The notes beneath the pieces were generated by a model. The model was given only the letters and a program-made list of their open reading frames with translations, had not been told where the DNA came from and did no database searches. Below are positions 26,599 through 32,000 of a stretch of 32,000 bases of DNA, in pieces. The number at the start of each line of letters is the position of its first letter. The first letter of the stretch is position 1. The position numbers and the translations under genes are program-made. This stretch comes from Opitutia bacterium KCR 482 (GTDB taxonomy: Bacteria > Verrucomicrobiota > Verrucomicrobiia > Opitutales > Intestinicryptomonadaceae), in contig CP149973.1 in the NCBI GenBank assembly GCA_029269845.2, positions 1,980,001 to 2,012,000 of the forward strand, read 5' to 3'.

Positions 26599-26623
26599 TT
26601 GACAATCGTATTCTTAATACGAT
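26599..26623 (+). promoter_or_regulatory. TTGACA box plus 19-bp palindrome overlapping the integrase start
   Basis: TTGACA at 26599-26604, then atcgtatt-ctt-aatacgat (26605-26623, 8-bp arms), whose last two bases are the AT of the ATG at 26622. Confidence 0.5.
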
Positions 26624-27617
26624 GAACACGGAATACATTTCAGCTAAAAGGATTTTGACGGGGACTGACGTTTCCGTTTTGGACGCGGCAAGAATCGCAA
26701 AAAACATTTTGGACGCAAAACCGAAAAACTTCGCCCTTACCGACCTCCAATTTTGCGCAAAAGTCATTGAAGTAGGGTTACGACATATCCGCACAAAGGA
26801 AATGTCCCTCGCCGACGGATTTGCTCTATATTTAAAGAGCAAGCAACATTTGCGTCCAGATTCGATACGGGACATTCGCTGTATTGGGAATAGGCTTTTG
26901 CGGATAACCCCCGAGTTTGGCAAACGTAATTTTTCAGAGCTTAGCGTAACGGAATGCGAGGAATGGCTGAACGCTGCGTTTCATACGGATAGTCAATTCA
27001 ACAAAGCGAGGACTATGTTGCACGGATTGTTTGAATTCGCCCGCCGCCGCGAGTGGTGCGACAAAAACCCGATAAAGCGAATCGAACGCCGTAAAGTCGT
27101 CGAAAAGGAAATCCAGCCGTTGAAACTTGCCGAAACAAAGCGGTTAATCAAAAACGCGCAACGCGAAAGCCCCGTATATGCTGTTGTCGCCGCGCTTTTG
27201 GTCTATACTGGAATCCGTCCGCGAGAAGTCCGACGCCTTACTTGGCGAGACATTGACACCGAAGAAAAAACAATCACAGTTCGTTCGCAGTGCTCGAAAA
27301 CAGGCGGCGTCCGCCAAGTGGAAATCCCTCCCGTTTTGAACAGGCTTTTGATTGTCAATAAATCCGAAAACACTTCCCATATCTGCCCGACAGACTGGCA
27401 ACGCCGCTGGCGCAAAATCCGTGACAATTCGGGCTTTCGCGGGCGTTGGGTTCAGGACGTTTTGCGCCATACCTACGCAAGCTTTCACGCAAAAAACTAC
27501 GCCGACTTGCCGCGCCTTCAACTGAACATGGGACACCGCGACCAATCGCTACTGCGCTCCCGCTACATCAATATGCACGGTATTTCCCGCGCCGAGGCAA
27601 AAAGCTTTTTCAACTGA
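26622..27617 (+). CDS. tyrosine recombinase / phage integrase
   Basis: GIRPREVRRLTWRDID (box I Arg), VLRHTYASFHA (HxxR region) and LNMGHRDQSLLRSRYINM (His plus the catalytic Tyr). Confidence 0.9.
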   Translation: MNTEYISAKRILTGTDVSVLDAARIAKNILDAKPKNFALTDLQFCAKVIEVGLRHIRTKEMSLADGFALYLKSKQHLRPDSIRDIRCIGNRLLRITPEFGKRNFSELSVTECEEWLNAAFHTDSQFNKARTMLHGLFEFARRREWCDKNPIKRIERRKVVEKEIQPLKLAETKRLIKNAQRESPVYAVVAALLVYTGIRPREVRRLTWRDIDTEEKTITVRSQCSKTGGVRQVEIPPVLNRLLIVNKSENTSHICPTDWQRRWRKIRDNSGFRGRWVQDVLRHTYASFHAKNYADLPRLQLNMGHRDQSLLRSRYINMHGISRAEAKSFFN

Positions 27618-27620
27618 TAA

Positions 27621-27644
27621 TTTGACAAGTCTGCTTCTTGTATG
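27621..27644 (+). promoter_or_regulatory. module-start element copy 7 (TTTGACA-N14-ATG)
   Basis: tttgacaagtctgcttcttgtATG. The ATG at 27642 is the ORF start. gacaag..cttcttgt (27624-41) pairs with acaagaagcttgtc (27667-80). Confidence 0.5.
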
Positions 27645-29855
27645 ACTCTTTTTATAGACGTTGAGAACAAGAAGCTTGTCCAGAGTTTGACTTCCGACAG
27701 GAGTGTGCCCGCGCCCGTATTTATGCAGGGCGACAACGAGCCGCTCGAAATCTTCCTCCTGCAAAAAGGCGGAGAATCGCTCTATCAAGTAAAGCCGCTT
27801 GTTGTCGGCACGGATTTTTTGCGGGTTGCGATTGCGCGTTTCAAAGGCTATCCGAAATCACTCACTTATGTGGCAGGCTACGCGTTGAATCCGAACGGCG
27901 GTGCGGAAGTGGTATTGCCGCTGAACACCACGGCAATCGAAAACGCCGTTCAGGAGAGCGAATACATTACCGCTTTTTTGGAGGTGGAATATTTCGACAC
28001 TACGGGCAGAATCGTTACGATTTTGCAGACCGCCTGCCGCGTAAAGAACGACCTCATCGAAAACGCGCCCGCAGTCGAACTTCAGGAGCAGTTCTACGAC
28101 AAAGTTTACACCGACACCGTCTTCTCGAAGAAATCCGCCAATCTTTCGGACTTGGCTGACAAGTCGGCTTCAAGGAAGAACCTCGATGTCTACGCAAAAG
28201 GCGAAGTTTACAACAAATCGCAAATCGACGCGCAGGAGGCAAAGAACCTCAAAAAGGCTTCCAACCTTGCAGATGTTGCCGACAAATCAGCAGCCAGAAC
28301 AAATCTCGATGTTCCGCAGAGGCGCGACCTGTTCAAGTATATGAAGTGCGGAATCTGGTCGGACACTTCATTGTCCGTTCCATCGGAATACGGCGCAACA
28401 CTCGGCGATGATTTCGTGTCGGGAAATTGCTCGACATTTCTTACGATTTATTTGCCCGAACCGACAGCCTATTATACGCAACTTTACGCCGTTTCATACG
28501 CAGACAGCGGAATGTTCACGCCCGAAATTTCCGCAGACGGCAATATGCTTAAACTCGGCTACATCTATCGGGAAAGCGAAAGCGGCGGAACTGAAACTGT
28601 CGAGAAGACGGCGGCGATTTCAAAGGCAATCGAATACGGCGACAAAATCGCACTAACCGTAGACGGCAGGAATTTCAAGCTATACAAGGGCATAGAACTT
28701 GTTTCCTCGGGCACGATTCCCGACGAACTTTCCATAACGGGCGCGTCTTCGTTCTTGGGCTGGAAAGGCTTGAAGCAGGTTATGGCGTATTCCAATTCGC
28801 TCCTGTTGCCGCTTACCGCAAGCGAAGGCAAGACCGCGAAAATAAACTACTCGATTGAAGACTTCGCTAACGGCAATTTCCCGCCGAAGGGCATTCTGAA
28901 CTCGCGCTATCACTATTTCAGAAGCACGTTCGCAAGCTCGTTTACGCGCAACAGCGTGCATTCGAAGGGCGTCGGCGGCGCGGAAATCGGCGGCAAGAAG
29001 AACGCGCTGAAAATTTCGCTCGTGCCCGACACCTACAACACTTCGCACGAATACGAACTTCCCTCAAAGTATTTCAGCGGCAACGGAATGCTGCACAAAA
29101 TCAGGTTCTCGATTTACCTGCCGACAACAAACCCGAACATCACGAAAGTCCAGCTGAGGCTCGGAAGCATTGCTTCCACAAGCGCGGGGACGATAGTTTC
29201 AAAGACCGACAACATCGACAAGTCGGGCGTGATTCTGCCAAAGGACGAGTGGCAAACCGTGGAAATGACGCTCACACTCAAATGGTCGGGTTCGTTCAAG
29301 CTCTACTTGTATAAGGGCACAAGCTCCTACTTCAAGCTCGAGGAGGAATCGACCGACGCGGTTTATCTGCATTCGATTACCTGCTCGTGCTTGCAGGGCT
29401 TCGAGGGATTTTTCTACGGCGCGGGGAATTCGGGATTTTGGAAGAACCACGGCGCGTCGAGCAGGGACTTGGCGTTTTACGGGTGGTCGCTGCCGTTCGA
29501 GGGAAACGGAAGTTATACAAAGCACATTGTGGTTTCGTCGTTTTCGAGCACGACGTATCTTTACGCGGAGGGCTTCCCGACGGGCTTGGAGCTTTCGCAG
29601 ATTGTCCTGCGCTTCGATTCGGAGCTGCCCGACACTTCGAGTGCCGAAGAGGAAATCCTGAAGAACGTCTTCCGCCTCAGGACAAACGACGACACGGTTT
29701 GCGAGGAACAGCTTCCCGCAATTCCCGCAAACAGGCCTTATTACATATACCCCAAGCGCGGACTTCCCGAACTCTACTATTCGCTGGAAGTCGCGCCGAT
29801 GTATGCGTGCAACTGCGGCGGCTCGGTAGATTTAATTTTCACAAAGGTAAGTTAA
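27642..29855 (+). CDS. tail fibre / receptor-binding protein
   Basis: 737 aa. Duplicated SANLSDLADKSASRKNLDV and ASNLADVADKSAARTNLDV (about nt 28135-28312) match the NLSDLxDxxxARxNLG repeat common in phage tail fibres. Confidence 0.7.
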   Translation: MTLFIDVENKKLVQSLTSDRSVPAPVFMQGDNEPLEIFLLQKGGESLYQVKPLVVGTDFLRVAIARFKGYPKSLTYVAGYALNPNGGAEVVLPLNTTAIENAVQESEYITAFLEVEYFDTTGRIVTILQTACRVKNDLIENAPAVELQEQFYDKVYTDTVFSKKSANLSDLADKSASRKNLDVYAKGEVYNKSQIDAQEAKNLKKASNLADVADKSAARTNLDVPQRRDLFKYMKCGIWSDTSLSVPSEYGATLGDDFVSGNCSTFLTIYLPEPTAYYTQLYAVSYADSGMFTPEISADGNMLKLGYIYRESESGGTETVEKTAAISKAIEYGDKIALTVDGRNFKLYKGIELVSSGTIPDELSITGASSFLGWKGLKQVMAYSNSLLLPLTASEGKTAKINYSIEDFANGNFPPKGILNSRYHYFRSTFASSFTRNSVHSKGVGGAEIGGKKNALKISLVPDTYNTSHEYELPSKYFSGNGMLHKIRFSIYLPTTNPNITKVQLRLGSIASTSAGTIVSKTDNIDKSGVILPKDEWQTVEMTLTLKWSGSFKLYLYKGTSSYFKLEEESTDAVYLHSITCSCLQGFEGFFYGAGNSGFWKNHGASSRDLAFYGWSLPFEGNGSYTKHIVVSSFSSTTYLYAEGFPTGLELSQIVLRFDSELPDTSSAEEEILKNVFRLRTNDDTVCEEQLPAIPANRPYYIYPKRGLPELYYSLEVAPMYACNCGGSVDLIFTKVS

Positions 29856-29856
29856 T

Positions 29857-30117
29857 ATGGGTAAATATATCACAAAAATCACTCTCGGCGAAGACGCAAA
29901 CGACTTCGCACAAATTGTCGGCGTTCTGGGCTTTTGCGGCAACCGCTACATCTGCCAAGCACTCGACGGCGATTCAAACATTATGCACTCGCAGACGTTT
30001 TCACTTCCGAAGAACATCGATGGGCTTCCCGCCAACGATTCCGCATTGGAAGCCGATGTCCTGAAATCTTGGAAATCCGAAGAGCTCAAACGCCGCAAGG
30101 CGCAAGGAATGGAGTAG
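29857..30117 (+). CDS. hypothetical protein
   Basis: 86-aa ORF, 1 nt after the fibre stop. Confidence 0.4.
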   Translation: MGKYITKITLGEDANDFAQIVGVLGFCGNRYICQALDGDSNIMHSQTFSLPKNIDGLPANDSALEADVLKSWKSEELKRRKAQGME

Positions 30118-30119
30118 AA

Positions 30120-30587
30120 ATGGAAGCAATATCATCATTATGGGACAGCGGAGTTCTGGGCGCGATTGCGACAATGGTTGTCACGATACTCGGGCAGCTT
30201 TCCGCATTGAACAACCAAAAGTTTACGGCGGTTCTGGAAACTTTGCAAAAGCAACAGTCTTCGGACTCGGCGGTTCACGATTCGGCGTTTGCAAGAAGCG
30301 GCGACAAGGGCGTTGTAGTTAGGCGAATTATGCTTTTTATGGCGTTCTTCGTGCTGGCGGTATGCCCGTTTATCTTCGCATTTTTCGGGGACATTCCGAT
30401 AGCCGTCGAAACCGTCAAACAATCGGGAGGCTGGCTCTGGGGACTTTTTCCGGAAAAGGAAACGTTCGCCGTCGCCTACATAAACGGCTTCTACTTGGCT
30501 GATGTCTGGAAGGAACTTATGGCAAATTTAATTTCCGCATACATAGGAGCGGGCATAACGAGAAAGGCGTTTACACTCGGCAAATGA
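30120..30587 (+). CDS. holin-like membrane protein
   Basis: ATG at 30120 with GGAG 6 nt upstream. Three hydrophobic segments (GVLGAIATMVVTILG, IMLFMAFFVLAVCPFIFAFF, LMANLISAYIGAGI). The track start at 29934 lies inside the upstream genes. Confidence 0.45.
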   Translation: MEAISSLWDSGVLGAIATMVVTILGQLSALNNQKFTAVLETLQKQQSSDSAVHDSAFARSGDKGVVVRRIMLFMAFFVLAVCPFIFAFFGDIPIAVETVKQSGGWLWGLFPEKETFAVAYINGFYLADVWKELMANLISAYIGAGITRKAFTLGK

Positions 30588-30790
30588 ACGAAGTCTTTGA
30601 AAAGGAAATCGAGCACATCGTAAAACGCTTGGAAACACTCGAACACACAGTCTACGGCAACGGACATAAGGGACTGAAAGCGGAATTAATCGAACTAAAA
30701 ACCGAAATCGAGACCTTCAAGAAAATCGCCGTCTGGCAAGTGGGTATCCTCCTCGCCATCCTCTGCGCCGTTCTGAAGATTCTGATTTAA
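30584..30790 (+). CDS. XhlA-like tail-anchored lysis-associated protein
   Basis: 68 aa. N-terminal coiled coil (IVKRLETLEHTV...LKTEIETFKK) plus a single C-terminal TM segment (VGILLAILCAVLKILI). ATGA overlap with the holin-like gene. Confidence 0.4.
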   Translation: MNEVFEKEIEHIVKRLETLEHTVYGNGHKGLKAELIELKTEIETFKKIAVWQVGILLAILCAVLKILI

Positions 30791-30886
30791 ACAAAAGTCT
30801 CATACGGAAAAATCTTTACTTTGTTAAAGATAATGTTTTGACTTTTTTAACAATATATGCAGTATGTGTCAAATAAAGGAGTTACT

Positions 30887-32000
30887 ATGCAAACATCATA
30901 CGATAAGCTTTTTTGCCTGTTGGAGGGGAAAGATATAAATAAAACCTCTCTTCAAAAGATGACACGCATTAGTTCTCGTTCTATTGCAAAATTGGGGCAT
31001 AACGAGGATGTTTCAATGGGGGTTCTTCGAAAAATATGCGAAGTTTTGGAGTGCGATATTTCTGACATTGTTGAATTCAAGCCAGATGTTCCCGAAAAAG
31101 TTTTAAAATACCGCCATAAGAATACCGATATGTTTAAATTTATAGATTTATTCGCAGGTATAGGTGGGATAAGATTAGCATTTGAACAGAATGGAGCCAA
31201 TTGTGTTTTTTCATCGGAGTGGGATGAGAATGCAAAAAAAACATACGAAGCAAATTTTCATGAGAAACCTTTCGGTGATATAACAAAAATTGCGCCTGAT
31301 TCCATTCCTGATTTCGATATTTTGACAGGAGGATTTCCCTGTCAACCGTTTAGTATGATAGGGAAAAGAGAGGGCTTTAATCATAAAACGCAAGGTACCT
31401 TATTCTTCCACATAGCTGAAATTTTGAGGGTTAAATTTCCAACTTCATTTTTGTTGGAAAATGTGCCGGGACTTTTAACCCATGACAATGGGAGAACGTT
31501 TTCAATCATCATGGAAACATTGGATGATTTGGGGTATGATGTAAAGACTTCCGTTTTAAACAGTGCTGACTTTGGACTTCCTCAAGTGAGAAAACGTCTT
31601 TATTTTGTAGGATTTAAAAAATCATTAAAAACAAATTTTGTATTCCCAAAAGGGCGAGGGAAAATTGTAGGTATAGGACCTTTTATAGAAAAGGATGCCG
31701 AAGGTCCTTCCATATCCAAGAGATTACAAGAAAGTTATATTTTTAAAAAAGACGATGGGCATCCTGAAATCGTCGATGAAAACTCAAATTTTCCAGTAAA
31801 AACCCTCTGTGCTTCATACCACAAAATCCAACGTATAACAGGAACATTTGTTAGAGGCGGGAAAACAGGATTAAGACTGTTGACGGAAAAAGAGTGTAAG
31901 GCAATAATGGGGTTTCCTATGGATTTTAAAATCCCTGTTTCTCGGACGCAAATGTATCACCAATTCGGAAATTCGGTAGCAATCCCCGTTGTAGCCGAAA
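30887..32000 (+). CDS. C5 cytosine DNA methyltransferase with N-terminal XRE-type HTH, 3' end beyond window
   Basis: AAGGAG 6 nt upstream of the ATG at 30887. HTH: INKTSLQKMTRISSRSIAKL. Dcm motifs: DLFAGIGG (I), GGFPCQPFS (IV), ENVPGL (VI), QVRKR (VIII), QFGNSV (X). No stop before nt 32000. AT-rich. Confidence 0.9.
   Translation, partial: MQTSYDKLFCLLEGKDINKTSLQKMTRISSRSIAKLGHNEDVSMGVLRKICEVLECDISDIVEFKPDVPEKVLKYRHKNTDMFKFIDLFAGIGGIRLAFEQNGANCVFSSEWDENAKKTYEANFHEKPFGDITKIAPDSIPDFDILTGGFPCQPFSMIGKREGFNHKTQGTLFFHIAEILRVKFPTSFLLENVPGLLTHDNGRTFSIIMETLDDLGYDVKTSVLNSADFGLPQVRKRLYFVGFKKSLKTNFVFPKGRGKIVGIGPFIEKDAEGPSISKRLQESYIFKKDDGHPEIVDENSNFPVKTLCASYHKIQRITGTFVRGGKTGLRLLTEKECKAIMGFPMDFKIPVSRTQMYHQFGNSVAIPVVAE

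Noticed and set aside
1221-27644. Reading the repeated element as a standard sigma70 or sigma54 promoter
   Set aside because: For sigma70 the TTGACA box is only 13-15 nt from the ATG, and no TATAAT-like hexamer lies 16-18 nt downstream. For sigma54 the GA-to-GT spacing is about 16 nt instead of 12, and there is no GG/GC pair.
29387-30064. 225-aa Arg-rich + strand ORF overlapping the fibre gene end and the next ORF
   Set aside because: It is an alternative frame of a strongly supported fibre gene. It has Arg/Gly-rich composition and no motif or plausible start context.
30837-30866. Possible eighth element copy (TTTGAC-N21-AGTATG) upstream of the methyltransferase
   Set aside because: The spacer is much longer. 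The ATG at 30864 is out of frame with the methyltransferase ORF and opens only a 24-codon ORF. The real start at 30887 has its own AAGGAG site.

Overview
The window reads as one contiguous tailed-phage (or prophage) genome segment, almost entirely + strand. From left to right it holds: a ParB-domain/methyltransferase block (1243-3389); a lambda-like head module with GpA-type large terminase, gpW-like protein, portal, S49 protease, scaffold and capsid (5131-11275); head-tail connector and short-tail genes ending in a tape measure (13137-16971); collagen-like and NLSDL-repeat fibres (19016-20749, 27642-29855); and a holin/XhlA-like lysis block (30120-30790). Visibly AT-richer accessory cargo is wedged between these modules. 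The cargo comprises a DinJ/MazF toxin-antitoxin pair, a DUF2513-like gene, a 421-aa protein with a diadenylate-cyclase-like C-terminus, and a minus-strand Schlafen/AlbA_2-HATPase_c_4 regulator. It also includes a five-gene minus-strand glycan-modification island next to a tyrosine integrase, and an HTH-fused C5 cytosine methyltransferase running off the right edge. Three observations seem most worth a second look. (1) A TTTGACA-N13-15-ATG element occurs seven times, each copy supplying the start codon of a core module, and five copies lie directly behind inserted cargo. (2) The orphan DAC-like protein has an intact DGA motif but a degenerate RHR motif. (3) A CmoA-family (carboxy-SAM synthase-like) gene sits just upstream of the terminase, in the same early block as a ParB-ParB-class I methyltransferase fusion. 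All functional calls rest on motif recognition by eye and recollected family signatures. No searches were run.
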